DNA of 64,000 nucleotides from Bacilli bacterium (GTDB lineage Bacteria; Bacillota_I; Bacilli_A; RFN20; CAG-826): NCBI GenBank assembly GCA_022482735.1, contig JAKVOO010000001.1, positions 1,222,837 to 1,286,836 of the forward strand, read 5' to 3'. Shown piece by piece: positions 53,830 to 64,000 of this stretch (position 1 is its first letter; each line of letters starts with the position of its first letter). The notes under the pieces were generated by a model. It saw only the letters and a program-made list of their open reading frames with translations, ran no database searches and was not told where the DNA came from. The position numbers and the translations under genes were made by a program.

Positions 53830-56692
53830 ATGTCCCGTGATGAAATTATTATTAAAGGCGCTCGCAACAACAATCTAAAGAATATTGATTTAACAATTCC
53901 TAAAAATAAACTGGTTGTTTTTACTGGGCTCTCTGGATCTGGAAAATCAACTTTAGCTTTCGATACGATATATAACGAAGGACAAAGGAGATTTGTCGAA
54001 AGCCTTTCGAGTTATGCTCGGCAATTTTTAGGTGGGGTAGAAAAGCCAGACGTTGATAGTATCGAAGGCTTATCACCTGCCATTAGTATCGATCAAAAAA
54101 CGACATCAAATAACCCGCGCTCCACAGTGGGCACGGTTACAGAAATATACGACTATCTGCGTCTTTTGTATGCGCGGATAGGCACTCCTTTTTGTCCAAC
54201 GCATAATGAACCAATTATCGCTTTTACAGCGACTGAAATTGTCAACATGTTGATGACAAATCCTGAGCGTACTCGTTTACAGGTGCTTTCACCAATCGTT
54301 CGGGATGAAAAAGGCACGCATAAGGAGACTTTGGAAAAAATTCGTTCCCAGGGGTTTGAGCGACTTAGAGTTGACGGAAGCATGGTCAGAATCGGCGAAC
54401 TAGCCGAGTTAGAAAAAAACAAACGTCATAGTATTGATATTGTCATTGACCGTATTGTTTTAAAAGACGATATCCGTTCACGGCTTTTTGATGCGGTAAC
54501 ATTAGCATTAGATTGGAGTCATGGCTATGTTCGTGTCTTGGTTGATGATGATGAGCGCTTTTTCTCCTCACACCATACTTGCAAGTACTGTGGTTTTTCA
54601 GTGCCTAAACTTGAGCCGCGCCTTTTTTCTTTCAATGCACCAATCGGCTGCTGTCCAGATTGTAACGGATTAGGAATAAAGCAAGAAGTTGATCCCGAGC
54701 TTTTAGTCCCTAACCCCAATCTTTCCATCAATCAAGGGGCAATTGATTATTATAAGAATACTGTAGGAACGACAAATCTCGAATGGCAAGAATTTGCTCT
54801 TCTTTGCGATTTATATAAAATTCCTCGTAATATTCCTTTTCGAAAATTAGAGGCCGAGCAACGCCATATTATTTTTTATGGTTCACCTACTCCTCATAAG
54901 TATGTCTTAAAATCAGCCTCTGGGAATCTCAATCATCGCGATGGGATAATTGAGGGGGTGAAGAATAAAATTGAGCGTCTTTATCGTGATACTTCCTCGG
55001 AATTTATGCGCGACTATTATAAAAAGTTTCTTCGTGATACGGTTTGTACAACTTGCAACGGGGCTCGTCTAAATCCAGCGGCTCTTTCGGTTCGCATTAA
55101 CGAAAAAAACATTTACCAAGGTAACCCAGATGTCAATACGGGATTCTTTAACTTGGTTTCTTGATTTAGACCAGTATCTTAGTCCAACAGAAAAAGAAAT
55201 ATCGAAATTAGTTACAAAAGAAATCACCAATCGCCTTCAGTTTTTAGCTAATGTCGGTCTTAATTATTTAACCTTAGATCGGATGGCGATGACGTTATCG
55301 GGTGGTGAAGCCCAGCGAATTAGACTGGCCACACAAATTGGCTCGCGCTTAAGTGGAGTCCTCTATGTTCTTGATGAACCATCAATTGGACTTCATCAAC
55401 GTGATAATGATCGATTAATTGCAACGATGAAGGGCATGGTAGATTTAGGCAACACTTTAATTGTCGTTGAACATGATGAAGATACTATGCGGGCGGCCGA
55501 TTATTTAGTTGATATCGGACCAGGAGCAGGGATTCATGGTGGTGAAGTAGTGGCCGCGGGTAGCATTGAAGATTTAGAAAAAGCCCCGCGCTCATTGACT
55601 GGAAAGTATTTATCCGGCGAAAAATATATCCCTTTACCGCCAGTACGATTGAAGGGAAATGGTAAGTTCTTAACAATTAAAGGGGCCCGCCAAAACAACT
55701 TAAAAAATTTAACGGTCAAAATACCTCTTGGAGAGTTTGTAGCCATAACGGGAGTTTCTGGATCGGGTAAATCATCTTTGATTACAGAAATCTTGTACAA
55801 GGGCCTGAAAAGGGCCATCGGGCAAGGAGAAAGTTTAATTCCGGGTGATTTTGATTCGATAGAAGGAACGGAAAATATCGATAAGATTGTCGATATCTCA
55901 CAAGAGCCAATCGGGCGTACACCACGGTCCAATCCCGCCACTTATACTAAAGCGTTTGATGAAATTCGCGACCTTTTTGCGGAAACGGTCGAAGCTAAAA
56001 GTCGCGGATTCAACAAGGGAACTTTTTCTTTTAATGTTCCCGGAGGAAGATGCGAGAATTGTCAAGGAGCCGGAGTTACCCGAATTCCAATGAATTTCTT
56101 GCCGGATGTGTATGTTAAATGTGATGTATGTGATGGCCATCGATACAATGAAGAAACTCTGTCCGTTACCTATAAGGGGAAAAACATTTACGATGTATTA
56201 AATATGACAGTAGAAGATGCATTGACTTTCTTTGTTAATCGCAGTTCAATTGAACGAAAAATACAAACTTTGAATGATGTAGGCTTAGATTATATTAAGC
56301 TTGGGCAGCCGGCAACGGAACTTTCTGGTGGGGAAGCTCAAAGAGTTAAATTAGCCTTTGAGTTACAGAAAAAGCCCACAGGAAAGACTATTTATATTTT
56401 GGATGAACCGACGACTGGTCTTCATACGGATGATATCGCTCGCTTACTTGATGTCTTGCAAAAAATTGTCAATAATGGCGATACCGTTGTGGTCATTGAG
56501 CATAATCTTGATGTTATAAAAGTGGCGGATTGGATTATAGATTTAGGTCCTGAAGGAGGAGACGGCGGCGGTCAAATTGTTGCAACGGGTACTCCAGAGC
56601 AGGTCGCAGCCAATTCGAAATCTTACACTGGTCAATATCTAAAACCGGTCTTGGAAGCCACACGAAAAGCAATGCGGCGGTATGCCGATTGA
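53830..56692 (+). CDS. uvrA: Excinuclease ABC subunit A, interrupted by an apparent +1 frameshift at ~55120
   Basis: ORF 53818..55164 (Walker [10 protein letters not shown], zinc finger [13 protein letters not shown]) and ORF 55130..56692 (second ABC domain [17 protein letters not shown]). The junction is restored to ...[15 protein letters not shown] by deleting one G in CAAGG. Confidence 0.9.
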
Positions 56693-56727
56693 GTTAATGC
56701 CTGTATTGTGCTAAACTCGGGAAGTGA

Positions 56728-58023
56728 TTGAGGAATTGTTATATGTACGCTAATTTTGTTTTTTGGCTCGGTATCCTAGTTACCCTTGTCGGTGGCGGTT
56801 TGTTTTATTTGTATTTTTCAGCCATTTTTAAGGCGAACAATCAGGATATTTCATTTAAAAATATCGCTTATCGAAAACTATTTATAGCGGTTATAACGAT
56901 AGCAATTGGCTTTCCAATTTTATTTGCTGGCATAATTGCTATGAACGAAATATCAGGTTTAACCGGCTATAAAGTAATGACAATTGGCGGAGGCTTATTA
57001 TTTGGTTTAGCCTTTTCCGCGTTTCTTTTTGGCTTAATATTCTTTTTTGGAAAAGACAATGCTGGAAAATTCAAGCGCATAGTAAAATATAGTGCGATAA
57101 TTGGCGGCCTTTTATCCTTGATTGCCATCTTTATTGTTTTGGATGGTTTTACGTATCTAGAGTTAATTACCTATCCATTAGTTTATCAAATAGTTATCTA
57201 CAAGGAATTTTCTGTTCATTTTTATGCTCTATTCATTCTTAGTGGGGCAATCTTAGTTTACTTTATTTGCGATCACTACTTTTATATTGAGTATGGAAAA
57301 CATGGACTAATTGAAAATTTGTTTTATATTGCTTTTCCAGCGGGAATTGTCGGCGCTCGTCTTTGGTATGTGATAGGCAACTGGTATCGCGAAGGATTCA
57401 ATGAAAGACCGCTAGATGCATTTGCAGTTTGGGATGGAGGCCTTGCCATTATGGGCGGGGCACTTCTTGGTGGCATCGTGGGTATTTTGTTTTTAAAATG
57501 GAGACGTAAATGGATTCCAACTCGCCATGCTGCTGATTTAATCGTTCCCACAATTTTAATTGCTCAAGCAATTGGCAGGTGGGGTAATTTCTTTAACCAA
57601 GAGGTATATGGAAGTATCACTAACAGTGCTTATTGGTGGTTCTTGCCGGAGTTTATTGTTCGCCAAATGACAATATCGGGTTCCATGCGGGTTCCATTGT
57701 TCCTAATTGAGGGAATAGTCAACTTGGCGGGATACTTTATAATTCGCTATGCGGTTGGTCGCGGTTTAAAAAAGTATACAAAGATGGGCGATTTAGCGCT
57801 TCTATATGTTGTATGGTATGGCCTGACACGCTTTATTCTTGAGCCGATGCGCGATCCGGCATTTAATATGGGGACAAACGATAAATGGTCATGGATTTGG
57901 TCAATCGTTTTTATTGCCCTTGGAGTTTTGGCGATTATTGCCAATCATTTATATGAGCGTTACCATACGCCAAAAGCCGGCAAAATTGATGATGGTAAAG
58001 TCGCAATTAAAGTGAAAAAGTAA
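56728..58023 (+). CDS. lgt: Prolipoprotein diacylglyceryl transferase with ~150-190 aa N-terminal polytopic extension
   Basis: Lgt signature QAIGRWGNFFNQEVYG, plus IVGARLWYV and WDGGLAIMGG blocks in the C-terminal ~270 aa. The N-terminal region is extra hydrophobic helices. Confidence 0.85.
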   Translation: MRNCYMYANFVFWLGILVTLVGGGLFYLYFSAIFKANNQDISFKNIAYRKLFIAVITIAIGFPILFAGIIAMNEISGLTGYKVMTIGGGLLFGLAFSAFLFGLIFFFGKDNAGKFKRIVKYSAIIGGLLSLIAIFIVLDGFTYLELITYPLVYQIVIYKEFSVHFYALFILSGAILVYFICDHYFYIEYGKHGLIENLFYIAFPAGIVGARLWYVIGNWYREGFNERPLDAFAVWDGGLAIMGGALLGGIVGILFLKWRRKWIPTRHAADLIVPTILIAQAIGRWGNFFNQEVYGSITNSAYWWFLPEFIVRQMTISGSMRVPLFLIEGIVNLAGYFIIRYAVGRGLKKYTKMGDLALLYVVWYGLTRFILEPMRDPAFNMGTNDKWSWIWSIVFIALGVLAIIANHLYERYHTPKAGKIDDGKVAIKVKK

Positions 58024-58028
58024 TAGAT

Positions 58029-58670
58029 ATGTATAAAGCGATTGTTTTTGATATGGATGGAACACTTGCCGATACGGATTTAGTAATTGTTGCCACCTAT
58101 ATCAAAATGTTTAAAAAGTTTCGTCCAGATTTTGTTCCATCTTTAAAGGAGATGGTGTATTTTTCAGGACCACCGCTTGATTTGACTCTAAAAACATATT
58201 TTCCAAACTATGAATATGATTTTATTCTCAAAGAATATAAGCGTTTATCTAAACCAAACTATAAAAAATATATTCTTCCCTTTCCTAACGAAAAAGAGGC
58301 ACTAGAAAAATTGAAATCCTATGGTTATCACCTCGTAGTATTAACCAACAAAGTTCACTCGGCAACGATGCTTTCGCTTGCGTTAATGAACATACCAACG
58401 TCTTTATTTGATATGATAATCGGTAGTGACGATATGCCCTTTCCTAAACCGGATCCAAGTGGGATGCGAATCGTCATGGAAAAATTGCATCTTCAGTCAA
58501 ATGAAGTACTCTATGTTGGCGATAATGGCGTTGATTTTCAATTTGCAGAAAATGTGGGAATTGACTCTATGTTAGTTACTTGGACATTAAGAGAAATTCC
58601 TCAATATGCTAAACCCAAGTATTTTGTTTCCTCATTTGACGAGATAGTGGAGGTATTAACTAATGGATAG
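58029..58670 (+). CDS. HAD-IA family hydrolase (PpaX-like)
   Basis: Motif I FDMDGTLADT. GDNGVDF motif IV. Position after lgt as in the Bacillus lgt-ppaX arrangement. Confidence 0.8.
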   Translation: MYKAIVFDMDGTLADTDLVIVATYIKMFKKFRPDFVPSLKEMVYFSGPPLDLTLKTYFPNYEYDFILKEYKRLSKPNYKKYILPFPNEKEALEKLKSYGYHLVVLTNKVHSATMLSLALMNIPTSLFDMIIGSDDMPFPKPDPSGMRIVMEKLHLQSNEVLYVGDNGVDFQFAENVGIDSMLVTWTLREIPQYAKPKYFVSSFDEIVEVLTNG

Positions 58671-59574
58671 AAAAACAGATGTAACGATTGTTGGAAGTGG
58701 CCCTGCTGGGATAACAGCGACCATTTATTTAAAAAGAGCGCTTATTGACGTTGTTTTGCTGGATAAATATGTCCCGGGTGGTAAAGTAAACTTTACCGCG
58801 GAAATTGAAAACTATCCTGGATTCAACAAAATAAGCGGTCCTGATCTTGCCGGAAAGTTTTTTGAACAAATTCAAAATTTTGGCGTTGAGGTTACCTATG
58901 GCGATGTGCTTGATATTGAAAAAAAGGCGGATCAATTTAAGGTTATAACCGACGATGGGACAATTACGAGTAAGTTTGTTATTTTTGCCACCGGTACCGA
59001 TGAACGCAAAATGAACATTCCTGGTGAAGATGAATTTAAAGGCAAAGGTGTTAGTTACTGCGCGGTTTGCGATGGCTCTTTTTATAAAGGCGAAAGTGTG
59101 GCTGTCGTCGGAGGCGGAAATTCCGCTCTTCAAGAAGCGCTTTATCTTTCCGGCTTCGTCAAAAAAGTCTTTCTTGTTCATCGGCGGCAGGGCTTTAGAG
59201 CGGATGAACTATTGGTAAAAAAAGTTAAGTCAACAAGCAATATTGAGCTTGTTCTCGATAGTGTAACTTTGGCAGTTGAAGGTAAAGAATTGGTTTCGGG
59301 ATTACGCGTTAAAAACGCAATTACCGGTGAAGAAAAATTGTTGCCAGTTAAAGCGGTTTTCCCCTATATTGGGCAAATTCCTGCCACTAAAGGATTATCC
59401 AAACTTCAAGTCCTTGATGAACATGGCTATGTTATTGTTGATGAAAATATGGAGACGAAGGTTGACAATTTATTTGGCGCGGGCGATGTTGTAAAAAAGA
59501 ATCTTCGCCAAATAGTTACAGCCACTAATGATGGGGCGATTGCGGCGATTGAAATTACCCATCGCTCACTTTAA
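58663..59574 (+). CDS. trxB: Thioredoxin-disulfide reductase
   Basis: FAD motif VTIVGSGPAG. Redox-active CAVC (YCAVCDG). NADPH motif VVGGGNSA. Confidence 0.85.
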   Translation: MDRKTDVTIVGSGPAGITATIYLKRALIDVVLLDKYVPGGKVNFTAEIENYPGFNKISGPDLAGKFFEQIQNFGVEVTYGDVLDIEKKADQFKVITDDGTITSKFVIFATGTDERKMNIPGEDEFKGKGVSYCAVCDGSFYKGESVAVVGGGNSALQEALYLSGFVKKVFLVHRRQGFRADELLVKKVKSTSNIELVLDSVTLAVEGKELVSGLRVKNAITGEEKLLPVKAVFPYIGQIPATKGLSKLQVLDEHGYVIVDENMETKVDNLFGAGDVVKKNLRQIVTATNDGAIAAIEITHRSL

Positions 59575-59591
59575 TTATGACGATAATTAGT

Positions 59592-59617
59592 AGGCAAGTT
59601 TATTGCCTGCTTTTTAT
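59592..59617 (+). terminator. Possible rho-independent terminator
   Basis: aggcaa gttta ttgcct then TTTTT. Confidence 0.4.
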
Positions 59618-59778
59618 TAATTATAAATTAAAAATTAATAGTGGCCTTTGATGGCAAATTTTTGAAAAATGCTTTTATTTTTCAAGCACCGAAAATCATT
59701 TTTCGTTACATTTAGATTGCTTTTTTGATTGCTTTTACGGATTATTATTGATAGATACACTTTTAAGGAGAATTAAAA

Positions 59779-60027
59779 ATGGCTAAGAAAAATTCATATT
59801 ATTTAGCGGGTTTATTGGCTTTTGTGGGAATTTTATTATCGACGATATGTTGGATAATCGAAGGATTAGGCGGTAACATACCATTTATTGCTTGGATAGG
59901 GTCATTAGCCCTTCTTTTAGCCGCTTTTATTTCCGCGTGGGGTTTTGTTTCCAGTAAAAAAATAACCTGGCGATATATTTATTTTATTTTGGTTATTCTT
60001 GCGATATTTGGATGGCTTGATTGGTAG
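59779..60027 (+). CDS. Small membrane protein (2 TM), unknown
   Basis: 82-aa hydrophobic ORF with RBS-like AGGAGA upstream. Confidence 0.4.
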   Translation: MAKKNSYYLAGLLAFVGILLSTICWIIEGLGGNIPFIAWIGSLALLLAAFISAWGFVSSKKITWRYIYFILVILAIFGWLDW

Positions 60028-60272
60028 CAACATAATTCACTTTTAAAATAATTTGAATAGGAATTATAAAAGCGTCAAAAAATTTTGCTTATTATAAGCC
60101 AAAAACCGTCGCCATTTTGCTTTTCAAAAACCGCCGGCCATGTGCTGTAAAAAACATTAATTATTTAGCAAGTAGAAAACATAAGTACTGTTTAGAAAAA
60201 TAATTATTATTCAATTTTTCTTTTTTGTTATTTGATTGTGGCTTTTCATTGTAGAATAAAAAGCGAGGTAGT

Positions 60273-61130
60273 GTGATGAAAAAACAACTTGTTATTTTAA
60301 CGGGATTAAGTGGCGCAGGACGTTCGACCGCCTCTTTTGTGCTCGAAGAATTAAAATATCGAGTTATTGATAATTTGCCGGCGGAACTGATAGAAAGTTT
60401 ATTGAATCTTTTGACGAGTGAGTCTACTCATCATAATGCTAAGACGGCGATAACGATAAACATTATGGAAGCTGAGAAACTTATTCTGTCACTCAAAAAG
60501 AGCAAAGATTTTGATATAAAATTATTTTTGTTCGTTGCAACTAAGGAAGATATAATTAGCCGATATAAACTAACTCGCCATCTGCACCCGCTTCAAGTCA
60601 ATGGATTATCACTTGAGGATGGAATCGATAAAGAGATGCAGATGGAGGCGCGAATTCGTGAGCAAGCCGATTTTTTTATTGATACCAGCAATATGCGAGT
60701 CATTGATTTACGGAAGCAAATGTTTTCAATACTGAAAAATTCACGAACTCCAACTATTAAAGTCAATCTTGTTTCTTTTGGCTTTAAATATGGACTTCCT
60801 TTAAACGCGGACATTATTTTTGATGCACGTTTACTACCAAACCCGTTTTATATTCCAGAATTAAAGAACAAAACAGGCAAAGATCAGGCCGTTGTTGATT
60901 TCTTGAACAATCAGAGCCAAAGTAAAGAATTGATCGATCATATTTTTTCCTATCTTGTTTTTTACCTATCAAAGGCAAGCGAGGAAGCTCGCGGAATGAT
61001 TGTCGTTGCGATCGGATGTAGTGGTGGGCAACATCGTTCCGTTTATTGCGTTGAAAGAGTGGCCGAAAAGTTAAAGGAATCATTTCTTGTATCGACCACG
61101 CATCGCGATTTAAGGCGAGGTGAGCGCTGA
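60273..61130 (+). CDS. rapZ: RNase adapter protein RapZ (YvcJ family P-loop NTPase)
   Basis: LTGLSGAGRST Walker A. C-terminal GCSGGQHRSV motif typical of RapZ. Confidence 0.9.
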   Translation: MMKKQLVILTGLSGAGRSTASFVLEELKYRVIDNLPAELIESLLNLLTSESTHHNAKTAITINIMEAEKLILSLKKSKDFDIKLFLFVATKEDIISRYKLTRHLHPLQVNGLSLEDGIDKEMQMEARIREQADFFIDTSNMRVIDLRKQMFSILKNSRTPTIKVNLVSFGFKYGLPLNADIIFDARLLPNPFYIPELKNKTGKDQAVVDFLNNQSQSKELIDHIFSYLVFYLSKASEEARGMIVVAIGCSGGQHRSVYCVERVAEKLKESFLVSTTHRDLRRGER

Positions 61131-62110
61131 TGTTTGATTATATTTCTTTTACGATGATGGTTAAAGAAGACATCGTACGGCCCAAAGAAGAAGGAGAAAC
61201 AAAATATGCTGTAGCCCGAAAGAAAGCAATTCTTTCCGCATTTATGCGGATGAATGGCTCACTATCAATCGCGGCTCGCCAAACCCGTCTTTTGCTGCGC
61301 ACAGAAAACGCCAAGGTTGCAAAATATATTTATTCTTTGATAAAAGAATTTTATGGCATAGATCCATCTTTCCACTATCAAAAGAATATGCATTTTAAGA
61401 AGAATACATACTATATTATTTCAATTGACGAACGAGTGGATTTTATTCTTGATGATTTATCAATATCATTTTTAGGCGGAGCGATTGACCGAAAAATTGT
61501 CTATAGCGATGATACGGCCAGTGGCTATGCAACAGGTGCATTTTTGGCCCGGGGTTCGGTTAACTCGCCCAAAAGTGGCAATTATCACTTGGAAATCGCA
61601 ACCAAAGACGAAGTTTTAGCCGGCAAACTGTGCCGACTTATCGAGCGCTTTCATCATGCAAATTTTACGCCCAAAGTTATTCAAAGACGGGACTACCATG
61701 TGGTTTATCTAAAAAAAAGCGATCAAATTGGTGAGTTCTTAATATTTATTGGCGCGACATCTTCTTCCTTACAATATGAGAATGTGCGCATCGATCGCGA
61801 TATGCAAAACGCTTCCCAAAGAATGGCACTTTGCGATGAGCACAATTATCAACGAACCTTGTCGAGTGCCCAAAATCAAATTGCCGATATCAAACTGATT
61901 GAACAAAAAATTGGTTTCAATCACTTTGATAATCCTAAATTGCGACTTCTTTGCGAACTGCGGCTGAATTATGAAGACGCTAATATGCAAGAACTGGCTG
62001 ATCGAATGACGGAAAAACTGGCATCCGAGCGCCCTATTTCAAAAAGTAATGTCGCTCATCTATTTCGTAGTCTAAATAAGATTGCAGAAAACTACCGGCG
62101 AGGCAATTAG
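61130..62110 (+). CDS. whiA: DNA-binding protein WhiA
   Basis: LAGLIDG-homing-endonuclease-like N-terminus plus C-terminal HTH. Overlapping TGATG junction with rapZ. Confidence 0.85.
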   Translation: MFDYISFTMMVKEDIVRPKEEGETKYAVARKKAILSAFMRMNGSLSIAARQTRLLLRTENAKVAKYIYSLIKEFYGIDPSFHYQKNMHFKKNTYYIISIDERVDFILDDLSISFLGGAIDRKIVYSDDTASGYATGAFLARGSVNSPKSGNYHLEIATKDEVLAGKLCRLIERFHHANFTPKVIQRRDYHVVYLKKSDQIGEFLIFIGATSSSLQYENVRIDRDMQNASQRMALCDEHNYQRTLSSAQNQIADIKLIEQKIGFNHFDNPKLRLLCELRLNYEDANMQELADRMTEKLASERPISKSNVAHLFRSLNKIAENYRRGN

Positions 62111-62111
62111 C

Positions 62112-62333
62112 ATGTTTGGCATTAAGGAACAATTAGGCATGAGAATTGTCTATCTACGTAAAAATCGTCATTGGTCACAGGAAGAGTTAGCTTTTCGCTC
62201 GAGTATAAACAAAAATTATCTTTCGGATTTAGAAAACGGCCGTCGCAATCCTTCATTGACGATTATTAGCCGGATTGCGGCCGCGCTAGGAGTTTCTCTT
62301 TCTGAACTATTTAAAGGTTTAGAAGACCTGTAA
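62112..62333 (+). CDS. XRE-family HTH transcriptional regulator (small)
   Basis: HTH WSQEELAFRSSINKNYLSDLENGRRNPSL. GAGG RBS before ATG 62112 (the ORF-track start 62082 overlaps the whiA end). Confidence 0.65.
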   Translation: MFGIKEQLGMRIVYLRKNRHWSQEELAFRSSINKNYLSDLENGRRNPSLTIISRIAAALGVSLSELFKGLEDL

Positions 62334-62478
62334 TCGGTCAAAAAATGCCGAAATTGATACCTTTTTCTGATTGTCTTCCTTCAACAAATAATTTTTGCGT
62401 TCTTTCCGCTTATAACACCTACAAATTTACTAAATTTGTTGTATAATAAAACCGCAAAGTAATAAGGAGGACATTCAG

Positions 62479-63513
62479 ATGTCAGTTAAACTTGCAATTA
62501 ATGGCTTTGGTCGGATTGGTCGCTTGGCTTTCCGTCGGGCCGAAGAATCTGGCGAATTTGAAGTCGTTGCCATCAACGATTTAACCGACGCCGATAACTT
62601 AGCCTATCTTTTGAAATATGATACCGCACACGGAAACTTCGCTAAAGATGAAATTTCTGTCAGTGCTGATGGTAAGTCCATCATCTTTAAAGGCCGTGAA
62701 ATCCCAGTTATTGGCCAACCTGATCCAAACTTGATCAAGTGGTCCGATTATGGAGTTGATATCGTTCTTGAGTGCACAGGCCGTTTCAAGGGCTATGAAG
62801 ATGCTAAAGTTCACGTTGAAGTGGGCGGAGCAAAAGGCGTTGTTATTTCGGCACCAGCCGATAAGGGAACACCAACCTTTGTATATGGTGTCAATAGTCA
62901 AAAGTTAACCAAGGACATGATTGTTATCAGCGGTGCCAGTTGCACAACCAACTGCTTGGCTCCAGTAGCAAAAGTTCTTAATGAAAAATTTGGTCTAAAG
63001 GGTGGATTTATGACAACGGTCCATGCTTATACCAATGATCAAACCACCCTCGATCTCCCTAAGAAAAAGAATCTTCGTCGGGGACGGGCGGCTGCGGCTA
63101 ACATTGTTCCAACATCAACTGGAGCAGCGAAGGCTATTGGCTTAGTTTTACCAGAAATTGACGGACGTCTCCAAGGCGGAGCACTCCGGGTACCTGTAAT
63201 TGATGGCTCTTTGGTTGATCTTTCACTTCTCTTAGAAAAGAAAGTCACAGAAGAAGAACTTAATGCCGCAATGAAAGAAGCCAGTGAGACAACGCTAAAA
63301 GACGTTCTCGGCTATACCGAAGATGAAGTTGTAAGTTCCGATATTATCGGTATTACTTATGGCTCATTATTTGATGCTACGCAAACTAAGGTTTTCGAAA
63401 AAGATGGAACTCAATATGTCAAAGTGGTTTCGTGGTATGACAATGAATATAGTTATACTTGCCAATTTGTCCGTTTAGCCGGCGAAATGGCTAAAGTGTT
63501 GGGCGTTAAATAA
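62479..63513 (+). CDS. gap: Glyceraldehyde-3-phosphate dehydrogenase
   Basis: NGFGRIGR NAD motif and the ASCTTNCLAP active site. Confidence 0.97.
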   Translation: MSVKLAINGFGRIGRLAFRRAEESGEFEVVAINDLTDADNLAYLLKYDTAHGNFAKDEISVSADGKSIIFKGREIPVIGQPDPNLIKWSDYGVDIVLECTGRFKGYEDAKVHVEVGGAKGVVISAPADKGTPTFVYGVNSQKLTKDMIVISGASCTTNCLAPVAKVLNEKFGLKGGFMTTVHAYTNDQTTLDLPKKKNLRRGRAAAANIVPTSTGAAKAIGLVLPEIDGRLQGGALRVPVIDGSLVDLSLLLEKKVTEEELNAAMKEASETTLKDVLGYTEDEVVSSDIIGITYGSLFDATQTKVFEKDGTQYVKVVSWYDNEYSYTCQFVRLAGEMAKVLGVK

Positions 63514-63530
63514 TCATAAAAGATTAAAGG

Positions 63531-63556
63531 AAGCGCCCTTCGTGGGCGCTTTTTTC
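63531..63556 (+). terminator. Rho-independent terminator after gap
   Basis: agcgccc ttcg tgggcgct plus T6. Confidence 0.7.
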
Positions 63557-63576
63557 AAAAAACAAGGAGATTAAAA

Positions 63577-64000
63577 ATGAAATTAGTCAGTGACTTAGAT
63601 GTCAAAGGCAAAAAAGTTCTCGTCCGCGTTGACTTTAATGTCCCGCTAAAGGATGGAGTTATTCGGGATGATAACCGGATGGTTCAGGCGCTTCCAACAA
63701 TTAAGGAATTACTTGATAAAGGTGCAGCCGTTATCTTAATGAGTCATCTTGGAAAGATTAGTTATAAAAAAACTCCGGAAGAAATTGAAGAAGCTAAAAA
63801 GAAAAACAACATGGTTTTTCTAGTCAACCACCTTCAAGAGTTACTTCCTAAGAATGATGTTAGTTTTTGCCCAGATACACGGGGTGAAAAACTGGCCTAT
63901 TTTGTCGATATGCTTAAGCCAGGTGAGGTTTTGCTCGTACAGAATACTCGCTATGAAAAAGGAGAGGAAAAAAATGATTCTGTCCTTTCTCAAGAGTGGG
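63577..64000 (+). CDS. pgk: Phosphoglycerate kinase (3'-partial, runs off the window)
   Basis: N-terminus KKVLVRVDFNVP...RMVQALPTIKEL...LMSHLGK. GGAGA RBS. Confidence 0.93.
   Translation, partial: MKLVSDLDVKGKKVLVRVDFNVPLKDGVIRDDNRMVQALPTIKELLDKGAAVILMSHLGKISYKKTPEEIEEAKKKNNMVFLVNHLQELLPKNDVSFCPDTRGEKLAYFVDMLKPGEVLLVQNTRYEKGEEKNDSVLSQEW

Overview
The window is a low-GC chromosomal segment that uses the standard code: rpoB, rpoC and other long genes read through with TGA as stop, so it is not a TGA=Trp mollicute code. The host looks like a Firmicutes/Tenericutes-type bacterium. A conserved backbone runs in Bacillus-like order (rpmG-secE-nusG, rplK-rplA-rplJ-rplL, a ybxB-type methyltransferase, rpoB-rpoC, rpsL-rpsG-fusA-tuf), followed later by uvrA, lgt, a ppaX-like HAD hydrolase, trxB, rapZ, whiA, gap and pgk. 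Three accessory insertions interrupt this backbone.

- **RHS toxin locus (1-12.2 kb).** An RHS/YD-repeat (WapA-like) polymorphic toxin gene with an adjacent putative immunity gene is followed by three 'orphan' rhs C-terminal tip modules, each with its own putative immunity gene. One tip carries an HExxH motif. Another tip is fused in frame to an XRE-type HTH N-terminus. All four tips share a glycine-zipper hydrophobic domain.
- **Metal-efflux and potassium-uptake insertion.** An arsR/czrA-like repressor plus a CPC heavy-metal P-type ATPase, and a divergent ktrA/ktrB-like potassium uptake pair, sit between nusG and rplK.
- **Lipoprotein metalloprotease island (6.4 kb).** Between rpoC and rpsL lie a polytopic membrane protein and three tandem paralogous lipoproteins with an HETGHxxGLxDYY (M6/M7-like HExxHxxGxxD) zinc-protease motif; the third copy is frameshifted.

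Further downstream are two RDD-family membrane proteins, a sugar-type ABC transporter operon with an extra lipoprotein, tRNA-Lys(CUU), pyruvate:ferredoxin oxidoreductase, a ygiD-like extradiol dioxygenase and tRNA-Pro(GGG).

At least five conserved genes (fusA, PFOR, ygiD, uvrA, the third lipoprotein) and the RHS 5' region carry apparent +1 frameshifts, several at short homopolymers. This points either to systematic single-base insertion errors in the assembly or to a decaying genome. No CRISPR array, IS element or integrase was recognised.
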